This document shows, piece by piece, positions 1-7,609 of a stretch of DNA of 13,693 nt (position 1 is its first letter; the number at the start of each line of letters is the position of its first letter). The stretch covers positions 1 through 13,693 of the forward strand of contig JBIOWP010000025.1 in assembly GCA_044868695.1 (NCBI GenBank), in the 5' to 3' direction. Origin of the DNA: a bacterium (lineage in GTDB: Bacteria > Sysuimicrobiota > Sysuimicrobiia > Sysuimicrobiales > Kaftiobacteriaceae). Under the pieces are notes generated by a model that worked only from the letters and a program-made list of their open reading frames with translations, had not been told where the DNA came from and made no database searches. Position numbers and translations under genes: made by a program.

Positions 1-3
1 GCG

Positions 4-9
4 TATAAT
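4..9 (+). promoter_or_regulatory. Putative sigma70 -10 box for argS, possibly leaderless transcript
   Basis: Perfect TATAAT at 4-9 with ATG at 16 (6-nt gap) and no Shine-Dalgarno between them; the -35 would lie outside the window. Confidence 0.5.
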
Positions 10-15
10 GCATCC

Positions 16-1728
16 ATGATGTACACGTATGAAGCGGCGAGACGCGAGGCGCTCGACGCCGTCCGCCGCGCCGCGGGTGCCGACGTTGCGCTGTCGCTCG
101 CCTCGCCGCCGGCCGGGGTCGAGGCGGACCTGGCGGTTCCATGCTTCCCACTCGCGGCGGCACTGCGGAAATCTCCGCAGGAGGTGGCAGGACAGCTGGC
201 CGGGATGCTGCAGCTCGGGCCGCTCCTGGCATCCGCGCACGCGGCCGGCGGCTATCTGAATCTTACCCTGGCCCGCGCCCCGTTCGCCGCGGGCGTCATG
301 GCAGAGTTCCACCGGATGGGCGACCGGTACGGCAGCAGCGACGTGGGCGCAGGCCGGACGGTGGTGATCGACTACTCCGCGCCCAACGTGGCCAGGCAGA
401 TGTCGGTGGGGCATTTGCGCTCGACGATCATCGGCGCAGCGCTGTACCGGCTGCACGGCTTCAGCGGCTACCGGCCGATCGGGGACAACCACCTCGGCGA
501 CTGGGGGACGCAGTTCGGCACGCTGCTGTACGCGTACCACGCGTGGCTCGACCGGCCGGCCTACGAGCGCGATGCGATCGCAGAACTGCTGCGCCTCTAC
601 GTGAAATTTGACGAGGAAGCCCGCAAGGATCCAACGCTGCGCGACCGGGCGCGGGAGTGGCACCTGCGGCTGGAGCAGAAGGATCCCGAAGCCCGGCGCC
701 TGTGGCAGGAGTTCGTGGCCCACAGCCTCGCGGCGTTTCAGAAGGTCTACGACCTCCTCGAAGTGCGGTTCGACCACACGCTGGGCGAAAGCTTCTATGA
801 GGACAAGGTGGGCGAGGTGATCGAGGACGCGGTCGCCCGGGGGATCGCCGAGGAAGACCAGGGCGCGCTGATCATGCGGCTGGACGACGCCGGCATCACG
901 ACCCCGCTCATGCTGCGGCGCAGTGACGGGGCAACGCTCTACCACACCCGCGACCTGGCGACCGCGCTCTACCGCATCAGGACGTTCCATCCGGCCAAGA
1001 TCCTCTACGTGGTCGGATCCGACCAGCGGTTGCACTTCCAGCAGCTGTTCGCCGCCCTGCGCAAATTCGGATACGGTGATGTGGAATATGTGCACGTGGA
1101 CTTCGGGCTCATCCAGCTCCCGGAAGGGCGGATGAGCACGCGCCGGGGCCGTGTCGTGTTCCTCGAGGATGTGCTGGACGAGGCCATCGCGCGCGCCCGC
1201 AGGCTCGTGGAAGACAAGAACCCGGAGCTCACCGATGACGAAAAGGCCCAGGTGGCGAAGATCGTGGGCATTGGCGCCATCAAGTACGCCGATCTGTCGA
1301 CCAGCCGTGTCAAGAACGTCGTCTTCGACTGGGAGCGTATGCTGGCGCTCGACGGCGACAGCGCGCCTTACCTGCAGTACACATACGTGCGCGCCCAGAG
1401 CATCCTCCGCAAGGGCGCCGTCAGCGGGGCGGATGGGTCGTATGACCCCCGGGCCGCGGCCACGGTGGAGGAGTGGGCGCTGGTGAAGCATCTGGCCCGA
1501 TTTCCTGAGGCCGTCACCGAGGCCACGCACACCTACTCCCCCCACATCGTGGCGACCTACCTGTTCCACCTCGCCCAGCGGTTCCACGCATTCTACCACG
1601 AGGTCCCGGTCCTGCAGGCGGGGGACGAGGTGCTGCGGGCCAGCCGCGCGCAACTGGTCGCCGCGGTGGCGGGGGTCATGCGCGGCGGGTTGGGTCTGCT
1701 GGGCATCCGGGTCCCCGAGCGGATGTAG
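16..1728 (+). CDS. argS: Arginine--tRNA ligase
   Basis: 570-aa ORF with DYSAPNVARQMSVGHLRSTIIG (HIGH region), NHLGDWGTQFG, MSTRRG (KMSKS equivalent), GDSAPYLQYTYVR and C-terminal LGLLGIRVPERM typical of ArgRS. Start could be ATG 16 or 19. Confidence 0.97.
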   Translation: MMYTYEAARREALDAVRRAAGADVALSLASPPAGVEADLAVPCFPLAAALRKSPQEVAGQLAGMLQLGPLLASAHAAGGYLNLTLARAPFAAGVMAEFHRMGDRYGSSDVGAGRTVVIDYSAPNVARQMSVGHLRSTIIGAALYRLHGFSGYRPIGDNHLGDWGTQFGTLLYAYHAWLDRPAYERDAIAELLRLYVKFDEEARKDPTLRDRAREWHLRLEQKDPEARRLWQEFVAHSLAAFQKVYDLLEVRFDHTLGESFYEDKVGEVIEDAVARGIAEEDQGALIMRLDDAGITTPLMLRRSDGATLYHTRDLATALYRIRTFHPAKILYVVGSDQRLHFQQLFAALRKFGYGDVEYVHVDFGLIQLPEGRMSTRRGRVVFLEDVLDEAIARARRLVEDKNPELTDDEKAQVAKIVGIGAIKYADLSTSRVKNVVFDWERMLALDGDSAPYLQYTYVRAQSILRKGAVSGADGSYDPRAAATVEEWALVKHLARFPEAVTEATHTYSPHIVATYLFHLAQRFHAFYHEVPVLQAGDEVLRASRAQLVAAVAGVMRGGLGLLGIRVPERM

Positions 1729-1761
1729 GGGCGGGGAGGGCTGAAAGGAACCCCGGTGAGG

Positions 1762-1767
1762 TATAAT
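1762..1767 (+). promoter_or_regulatory. Putative -10 box upstream of structured RNA / SLH gene
   Basis: Perfect TATAAT in an AT-richer patch just before the structured segment; no convincing -35 at 17-bp spacing. Confidence 0.5.
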
Positions 1768-1775
1768 CTCGTATA

Positions 1776-1955
1776 GGCAACTGACCTGTGCCGGCAGGGA
1801 TTCGCCGGGGGTGGGGAGAAACCCCAGACGGGCCTGTTGAGCAGGACACCCCGGCGGCGTTGCGGTTCCAATGCGAACCCCCGAGAGCGGTAGTCGGCCG
1901 GCCCCGGATCACTGCACGTAGACGCGTTCGACCCATCAGCCGGCAGTCATTCGCC
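1776..1955 (+). ncRNA. Candidate structured RNA (ncRNA or cis-regulatory leader), family unassigned
   Basis: Closing stem TGAC..TGCCGGC (1782-1795) / GCCGGCAGTCA (1939-1949); internal helices CGCCGGGG/CCCCGGCG (1803-1810/1849-1856), TGGGG/CCCCA, CCTG/CAGG, GCGTTG/CAATGC, GGGATTC/GAACCC; starts just after TATAAT. Confidence 0.5.
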
Positions 1956-1991
1956 AGCCCCTACCTTTCCAACGATGCATAGAGGAGATCG

Positions 1992-3251
1992 ATGAATAGA
2001 CAGACCGTGCCTACCTGGTGCCTGCGTACCACCGCAGCCCTTCTCGTGACCGTGCTGGTGTCCACACCGGCATGGGGCGCCATTTTCACCGACATCATCG
2101 GTCTGCCGGCGCAGCGGGCCATTGAACGGCTGGCGGCCAAGGGCATCTTCCGCATGACCTCCGACGGGAAGTTCAATCCGGCTGGCGGCATGCCGCGGAT
2201 CGAATTTGCCGTGCTGCTGGCCCGGGTGCTCGGCCTGTCGGGGCAGGGGGTGCCGATGCCCGGTTTCAAAGATGCGGGGGAGATCCCCCGGGAGATGCAG
2301 GCGGCCGTGGCCGCCGTGGCCAATCTCGGCACGGTGTCTCCCACGAAAATCGAACTGCGCCGAGGCCCGGTGCTCTACACGCTGACGACCGACAAGGGCG
2401 TCTACGGACCCACCGATCCCGTGGAGCTGTTGTTCGTGGTGGCCAACACCGGCACGGAAGACGTCAAGTTCGAGTTCGCCAACTCACAGCTGTTTGACTT
2501 TGTCATCCGCGGCGGGGACGGGGTCGAGGTCGCGCGCTGGTCCCTGGGCCGCGCCTTCCTCCCGGTGGACGCGCCGATCACGCTGGCCGCCGGCAAGAGT
2601 TTCGAGTACACGACGCGCTGGCGCCAGCTCGACCAGAACGACGATCCCGTCCCGCCCGGGAGGTACGAACTCACCGCCATCCAGACCACGAAGGCGGCAC
2701 CGACGTCCCTCTCCGTGGTGTTGTACAAGGGCATCTTCGGCGGGTTCCCCGACAACACGTTCCGTCCCCAGGTGGAGGTGACGCGGGTCGAGCTGGCGGC
2801 CACGATGGTCCGCGTGCTGGGGCTGGGTGAGACCCCGTCGAGCCCGCCGGCGGTATCGGATGCCGCGGACATCCCGGAGTCGCTGCGCGGCGCCGTGGCC
2901 GTGGCCATGGAGAAAGGCGTCGTCGCGGCGCTGCCCGACCGGACGTTCCGCCCGGCGCGGCCCGCGGCCCGGGCGGACATCGCCCTGGCGCTCGACCGCG
3001 CCATGGTGGTGGTGGACCGGTACGACTTTTCCAAGGGGACCCTCAAAGACATCCGCGTCGGTACGCCCACGCTGATCGTGATCGAAGAACAGAACAAAGC
3101 CCAGCGCACCTTCCGCGTCGCCCGGGCCAGCGCCGTGTACCGCAATAACGCCGCGGCCGAGTTAGTGGACCTGCGGGCCGGCGACGCGCTGCTGTTTCTC
3201 AAAGTAGGCGACGTGGGCGACGTCGCGTACATCGAAGCCACCGCCCGGTGA
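1992..3251 (+). CDS. Secreted S-layer homology (SLH) domain protein with BsuPI-like (intracellular proteinase inhibitor) domain
   Basis: AGAGGAG SD; signal peptide ending AWG-A; three SLH-like motifs (FTDI..GIFRMTSDGKFNP..RIEFAVLLAR; GIFGGFPDNTFRP..TRVELA; GVVAALPDRTFRP..RADIA); central FEFANSQLFDFVI..RWSLGRAF..PPGRY segment resembling BsuPI; beta-rich C-terminal domain. Confidence 0.8.
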   Translation: MNRQTVPTWCLRTTAALLVTVLVSTPAWGAIFTDIIGLPAQRAIERLAAKGIFRMTSDGKFNPAGGMPRIEFAVLLARVLGLSGQGVPMPGFKDAGEIPREMQAAVAAVANLGTVSPTKIELRRGPVLYTLTTDKGVYGPTDPVELLFVVANTGTEDVKFEFANSQLFDFVIRGGDGVEVARWSLGRAFLPVDAPITLAAGKSFEYTTRWRQLDQNDDPVPPGRYELTAIQTTKAAPTSLSVVLYKGIFGGFPDNTFRPQVEVTRVELAATMVRVLGLGETPSSPPAVSDAADIPESLRGAVAVAMEKGVVAALPDRTFRPARPAARADIALALDRAMVVVDRYDFSKGTLKDIRVGTPTLIVIEEQNKAQRTFRVARASAVYRNNAAAELVDLRAGDALLFLKVGDVGDVAYIEATAR

Positions 3252-3267
3252 TCTGGAGGACGCGCAG

Positions 3268-3939
3268 ATGAAATTCTTTCTCGATACGGCCAACCTGGAG
3301 GAGATCCGCACCGTCCACCGCTGGGGGATCCTGGACGGGGTGACCACCAACCCCACGCTGGTCGCCAAGGAGGGGATGGACTACCGCGCCGTCGTGCGGG
3401 AGATTGCCGCGATTACCAGCGGTCCGATCTCCGTCGAGACCACCAGTGACCAGGCCGGCGAGATGATCGCGCAGGGAAAAGACTACGCGACCTGGGCCCC
3501 TCAGGTCGTCGTCAAAGTCCCGGCAACCGTCGACGGCATCACGGCGGCCGCCGCCCTGGCCCGGGAGGGTGTCCGCATCAACGTCACGCTGACCTTCTCG
3601 GTGAACCAGGCGATCCTGGCCGCCAAGGTGGGCGCGTACTTCGTCAGCCCATTTCTCGGCCGGCTGGACGATATCGGGCACGACGGGATGCAGGTCGTGC
3701 GCGACGCCGTCCAGATCTTCAAGACGTATGGGTTTGCGACGCAGGTGCTGGCGAGCAGCCTCCGCCATCCGCTGCACGTGACCCAGGCGGCCCTCGCGGG
3801 GGCGCACATTGCCACGATGCCGTTCAAGGTCGCCGAGCAGTTGTTTAAACACCCGCTCACGGATGCGGGGCAGGAACGGTTTCTCGCCGACTGGCGCAAG
3901 CTGCAGGCTGAGCTGGAACGCCGGAAGACGAAAGTCTAG
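3268..3939 (+). CDS. tal: Transaldolase (small TalC/FSA family)
   Basis: MKFFLDTAN, GVTTNPT, PISVE, VVKVP (Schiff-base Lys), SPFLGR, HPLTDAG..FLADW. Glu in PISVE and Phe in SPF favour transaldolase over fructose-6-phosphate aldolase. GGAGGA SD. Confidence 0.92.
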   Translation: MKFFLDTANLEEIRTVHRWGILDGVTTNPTLVAKEGMDYRAVVREIAAITSGPISVETTSDQAGEMIAQGKDYATWAPQVVVKVPATVDGITAAAALAREGVRINVTLTFSVNQAILAAKVGAYFVSPFLGRLDDIGHDGMQVVRDAVQIFKTYGFATQVLASSLRHPLHVTQAALAGAHIATMPFKVAEQLFKHPLTDAGQERFLADWRKLQAELERRKTKV

Positions 3940-3956
3940 CAGGGGGTGCATCTGCA

Positions 3957-5219
3957 GTGACGGCAATCGCAGAGCTGGAAACCAAGACGATGGAGGAGCT
4001 CCAGGGCATGGCCAAGGAGCTCAACATCGCCAACTTGCGGCGGTACCGGAAACAGGAATTGATCATGCGGATCCTGCAGGCCCAGACGGAACAGTCCGGA
4101 CTGATGTTCCGATCGGGCATCCTCGAGATCATGCCGGAGGGCTACGGCTTCCTCAGGCACGAAGGCTACCTCCCCGGGCCCGAAGACATCTACGTCTCGC
4201 CGTCGCAGATCAAACGGTTCGGACTGCGGGTCGGCGACGAGGTCTTGGGCCAGGTCCGTCCGCCGAAAGACAACGAGAAGTACTACGCGCTGCTGCGGGT
4301 GGAGGCCGTCAACGGGCTCGACCCGGAACAGGCGCGCAGCCGTCCGGATTTCGAGCGGCTGACGCCGGTGTTTCCCCAGGAGCGCCTCAAGCTGGAGAAC
4401 AACGGGGACATCACCACACGGATGGTGGACCTGTTCGCGCCGATCGGCAAAGGGCAGCGGGCGATGGTGGTCTCGCCCCCCAAGGCGGGCAAAACGACGC
4501 TGTTGAAAAAGATCGGCCAGGCGGTCGTGGTGAACTACCCGGAAGTCTACCTGATGGTGCTGCTGCTGGACGAACGGCCGGAAGAAGTCACCGACATGCG
4601 GCGGTCGGTGGAGGCGGAGGTCGTGGCGTCCACCTTCGACCGGCCCCCGGAGGAGCACATCCAGGTGGCCGACCTCGTCCTTGAGCGCGCGAAACGCCTG
4701 GTCGAAGGCGGCCGGGACGTGGTGATCCTGCTGGACAGTCTGACCCGCTTTTCCCGCGCGAACAACCTGGTGATCCCGCCGTCCGGCCGCACACTGTCCG
4801 GCGGCCTGGATCCCGCCGCCCTGCACCGGCCGAAGCGGTTCTTCGGCGCGGCCCGCAAGATCGAAGAGGGCGGGAGCCTGACCATCGTCGCCACGGCGCT
4901 GATCGACACCGGCAGCCGCATGGACGACGTGATCTATGAAGAGTTCAAGGGCACCGGCAACATGGAACTGCACCTCAACCGCAAGCTCCAGGAGCGGCGC
5001 ACCTTCCCGGCAATCGACATCAAGATGAGCGGGACACGGCGTGAGGAGCTGCTGCTCAGCGAGGATGAGCTGCGCAAAGTCTGGGTGCTGCGCAAGAGCC
5101 TGGAGCAGCTGGATACCGTCGCGATGACCGAGCTGATTCTCGACCGGCTGCGCAAGACCGCCAACAACCCGGCGTTCCTGAAGTCCATCGTCAAGAGCGC
5201 GGAAGAGGACGCGCAGTAG
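3957..5219 (+). CDS. rho: Transcription termination factor Rho
   Basis: GTG start after AGGGGGT; EGYGFLR, DIYVSPSQI, PIGKGQR, Walker A PPKAGKT, DERPEEVTD, SGRTLSGG, EFKGTGNMEL, SGTRREELL. Confidence 0.98.
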   Translation: MTAIAELETKTMEELQGMAKELNIANLRRYRKQELIMRILQAQTEQSGLMFRSGILEIMPEGYGFLRHEGYLPGPEDIYVSPSQIKRFGLRVGDEVLGQVRPPKDNEKYYALLRVEAVNGLDPEQARSRPDFERLTPVFPQERLKLENNGDITTRMVDLFAPIGKGQRAMVVSPPKAGKTTLLKKIGQAVVVNYPEVYLMVLLLDERPEEVTDMRRSVEAEVVASTFDRPPEEHIQVADLVLERAKRLVEGGRDVVILLDSLTRFSRANNLVIPPSGRTLSGGLDPAALHRPKRFFGAARKIEEGGSLTIVATALIDTGSRMDDVIYEEFKGTGNMELHLNRKLQERRTFPAIDIKMSGTRREELLLSEDELRKVWVLRKSLEQLDTVAMTELILDRLRKTANNPAFLKSIVKSAEEDAQ

Positions 5220-5245
5220 CCCCCCGATCTCCTGTTCGAGTATCC

Positions 5246-5300
5246 ACCGCTCGCGTTCCAGCGAGCTACGGCGAGCCTGGGCGAGCTATCCCGCGATAGC
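5246..5300. repeat. Palindromic intergenic element after rho
   Basis: Hairpins GCTCGC-gttcca-GCGAGC followed by TACGGCG, and GCTATC-ccgc-GATAGC; no U-tract. Confidence 0.35.
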
Positions 5301-5466
5301 GGACGCGCAAGGCGCCGCGGCGTTTTCGGTTTCCGCCACAGTCTAAACGCGGCCACCGACGGGCAGGATTTCGATACTCCGAGGCGAAGAGGGACGAGGA
5401 TTTTTCCGGCACAATGTGTGCCGCCCTCCTACATTCCCTCGGCAAGACTCGGCGATGGGTGGAAGC

Positions 5467-6555
5467 ATGCGAAGGACGGCACGGAAGTACTGGGGTGGGT
5501 TGCTGGTTTTCGGCCTCCTCATCATCCCGGCATACGGCTCCGACAGCTCGGGCGAGTGGTCCACGTCGCCGGACGTTCCGTTCCTTGACACGGTCCAGGC
5601 GCAGAACCACGCCCTGCGGACGCTCTCCGAAGTCGCCACGATTCCCGCCATCTCCATCACCGCGCCTCTGCCGGTTGCCGCGGCCGCCCCGTCTGCGGCC
5701 GCATCCCCGCGGCACACCGTCCGGGGATCGTCGGCTTCTCTGGTGACGCCTGCCTCGACGACAACCGACGCGTATGTCACCGTCGGGGAAGGGCAGACGC
5801 TGTGGGGGATCGCCCAGGCGCACCGCGTGCCGGTGGAAGCGCTGGCCGCGGCCAACGGGATCGGCGACGACGATCTGATCCAGGTCGGGCAGCGGCTTCT
5901 CATTCCCGGTCGTGCCGCGGCCCGGACGCCGGCCCCACGCACGGCGGGCGTCGCGGCGCAGCCCAGCTCCGGGACCGTCCGGCAGTTCAGCGTCACTGTG
6001 GGCCAGGGTGAAACCCTCTGGGACATCGCCCAGACCTACGGTGTCGCTGTCGACGCGATTGTGGACGCCAACGAACTTCCCAACGGAGATTTGATCCGCC
6101 CCGGGCAGCGCATCGTCATTCCCGGAGGGGCCTCCGATGTGCCGCGCCGGGTGACGCTGTCGCGCAGCCTGAGCTCAGCAGTCAGCATCGCGCAGAGCTT
6201 CGTCTGGCCGGCGCGCGGCCGGGTGACGTCCCGATTCGGCTGGCGGTGGCAGCGCCACCACAACGGGATCGACATCGGGGCCCCGTACGGCTCTCCGATC
6301 TACGCGGCGAAAGCCGGGCGGGTGACATTCGCAGGCTGGTATTATGGGTACGGCCTCGCGGTCATCATCGATCACGGGGACGGGGTGTCCACGGTGTACG
6401 GGCACGCGTCCAAACTGCTCGTCCGCAGCGGCGCCAGCGTGGAAGCCGGCCAACTCATTGCCAGCGTTGGAGCGAGCGGCGAGGTGACCGGGCCGCACCT
6501 GCACTTTGAGATCCGCGTGAATGGACGGCCGCTGAACCCGCTCAAATACCTCTAG
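5467..6555 (+). CDS. LysM (x2) + M23 family peptidoglycan endopeptidase
   Basis: N-terminal MRRTARKYW plus hydrophobic stretch; two LysM repeats (VTVGEGQTLWGIA..ANGI..LIQVGQRLLIP; VTVGQGETLWDIA..LIRPGQRIVIP); M23 zinc motifs HNGID and GPHLHFE. Start 5467 is preferred over 5455/5416 but is uncertain. Confidence 0.92.
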   Translation: MRRTARKYWGGLLVFGLLIIPAYGSDSSGEWSTSPDVPFLDTVQAQNHALRTLSEVATIPAISITAPLPVAAAAPSAAASPRHTVRGSSASLVTPASTTTDAYVTVGEGQTLWGIAQAHRVPVEALAAANGIGDDDLIQVGQRLLIPGRAAARTPAPRTAGVAAQPSSGTVRQFSVTVGQGETLWDIAQTYGVAVDAIVDANELPNGDLIRPGQRIVIPGGASDVPRRVTLSRSLSSAVSIAQSFVWPARGRVTSRFGWRWQRHHNGIDIGAPYGSPIYAAKAGRVTFAGWYYGYGLAVIIDHGDGVSTVYGHASKLLVRSGASVEAGQLIASVGASGEVTGPHLHFEIRVNGRPLNPLKYL

Positions 6556-6591
6556 GGAACGAGGGAACGAGGGAACCAGGGAACAAGGAAC
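6554..6591 (+). repeat. Octamer tandem repeat (AGGGAACN) x4-5
   Basis: AGGGAACG AGGGAACG AGGGAACC AGGGAACA AGGAAC overlapping the peptidase stop codon. Confidence 0.85.
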
Positions 6592-6600
6592 TGCGACACC

Positions 6601-6630
6601 GCACCGCCGATGAGGCGGTGCCTCCATTTT
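6601..6630 (+). terminator. Possible terminator hairpin after the M23 peptidase gene
   Basis: Perfect 8-bp stem GCACCGCC-gatga-GGCGGTGC followed by CTCCATTTT (displaced, weak U-tract). Confidence 0.45.
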
Positions 6631-6640
6631 GACCCGCACG

Positions 6641-6669
6641 TTGCCCTTTGTGACCCCGCATGCTACAAT
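6641..6669 (+). promoter_or_regulatory. Sigma70-type promoter for rpmE operon
   Basis: TTGCCC (6641-6646), 17-bp spacer, extended -10 TG-c-TACAAT (6661-6669). Confidence 0.7.
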
Positions 6670-6712
6670 GCCACCTGATCTCCTGGCGGGAGAACGGAGG
6701 CATACTGTCGAG

Positions 6713-6916
6713 ATGAAGAAGGGTGTCCATCCAGCTTACTTCCAGGCCACAGTCATCTGCGCCTGCGGCAACACGTTTCTCACAGGGTCCACCAAAAAGA
6801 CGATCCACGTCGAGATCTGCTCCCGGTGCCATCCGTTCTACACCGGCCAGCGGAAGTTCATCGATGCCGAGGGCCGCGTCCAGAAGTTCGCGAAGAAATA
6901 CGGGCTAAAGGTCTAG
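6713..6916 (+). CDS. rpmE: 50S ribosomal protein L31 (zinc-binding type A)
   Basis: [40 protein letters not shown], 67 aa; GGAGG upstream; true start is ATG 6713 inside the longer track ORF. Confidence 0.97.
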   Translation: MKKGVHPAYFQATVICACGNTFLTGSTKKTIHVEICSRCHPFYTGQRKFIDAEGRVQKFAKKYGLKV

Positions 6917-6931
6917 TTCGGCCCAGAGCAC

Positions 6932-6989
6932 CGGAAGGCGGAAGGCGGTAGGCGGAAGGCCGCCGACCGCCTTCCGCCTTCTGCTTTCC
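6932..6989. repeat. Inverted heptamer array (CGGAAGG)n / (CCTTCCG)n
   Basis: CGGAAGG CGGAAGG CGGTAGG CGGAAGG followed by CCGCCTTCCGCCTTCTGCTTTCC, forming a hairpin between rpmE and tdk. Confidence 0.85.
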
Positions 6990-7027
6990 CAGGCGTCACG
7001 CCATCACACAGTGGAGGGTGGTCATGA

Positions 7028-7609
7028 ATGAACGCCGCGCGCGGACGGATTGAGGTCATCTGCGGCAGCATGTTCAGCGGGAAGAGCGAGGAGTTGATCC
7101 GCCGCGTCCGGCGCGCGGAGATCGCCCGGCAGCCCGTGCAGGTGTTCAAACCCATCCTCGATGACCGCTTCGACCGCCAGCACGTGGCGTCGCACGACGG
7201 CGCCCGGCTCGAGGCGATCGCCATCGCCCGCAGCGACGAGATTCACCGGCGCCTTCGCGCCGGCGTCACCGTCGTCGCCGTGGACGAGGCGCAATTCCTC
7301 GACGACGGCCTGGCGGAAGCGGCGCAGACCCTGGCCGACCGCGGCATCCGCGTCATCGCCGCCGGCCTGGATATGGACTTCCGCGGCGAACCGTTCGGAC
7401 CGATGGCCAGGCTGCTGGCGCTTGCGGAGACCGTGGACAAGCTGCAGGCCATCTGCATGGTGTGCGGTGCGCCCGCCAGCCGGACGCAGCGCCTTGTGGA
7501 TGGCCGTCCCGCCCGCTATACCGACCCCATCATCCTGATCGGCGCGCAGGAGGTGTACGAGGCGCGCTGTCGCGAGCATCATGTCGTCCCGGGGAGGCCG
7601 ACGCAGTGA
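7028..7609 (+). CDS. tdk: Thymidine kinase (TK1-like)
   Basis: [19 protein letters not shown] (P-loop), [19 protein letters not shown], zinc motifs CMVC and [18 protein letters not shown]. Confidence 0.97.
   Translation: MNAARGRIEVICGSMFSGKSEELIRRVRRAEIARQPVQVFKPILDDRFDRQHVASHDGARLEAIAIARSDEIHRRLRAGVTVVAVDEAQFLDDGLAEAAQTLADRGIRVIAAGLDMDFRGEPFGPMARLLALAETVDKLQAICMVCGAPASRTQRLVDGRPARYTDPIILIGAQEVYEARCREHHVVPGRPTQ

Noticed and set aside
1776..1955. T-box or 6S assignment for the post-argS RNA
   Set aside because: It lies downstream of argS and lacks the T-box UGGNACC bulge and terminator; the multibranch fold differs from the canonical 6S rod, so it is left unassigned.
5280..5360. c-di-GMP-I (GEMM) riboswitch resemblance (GGACGC..GCAA, GTCTAA)
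   Set aside because: The GGCAAA and GNRA-tetraloop/receptor elements are missing and the spacing does not fit.
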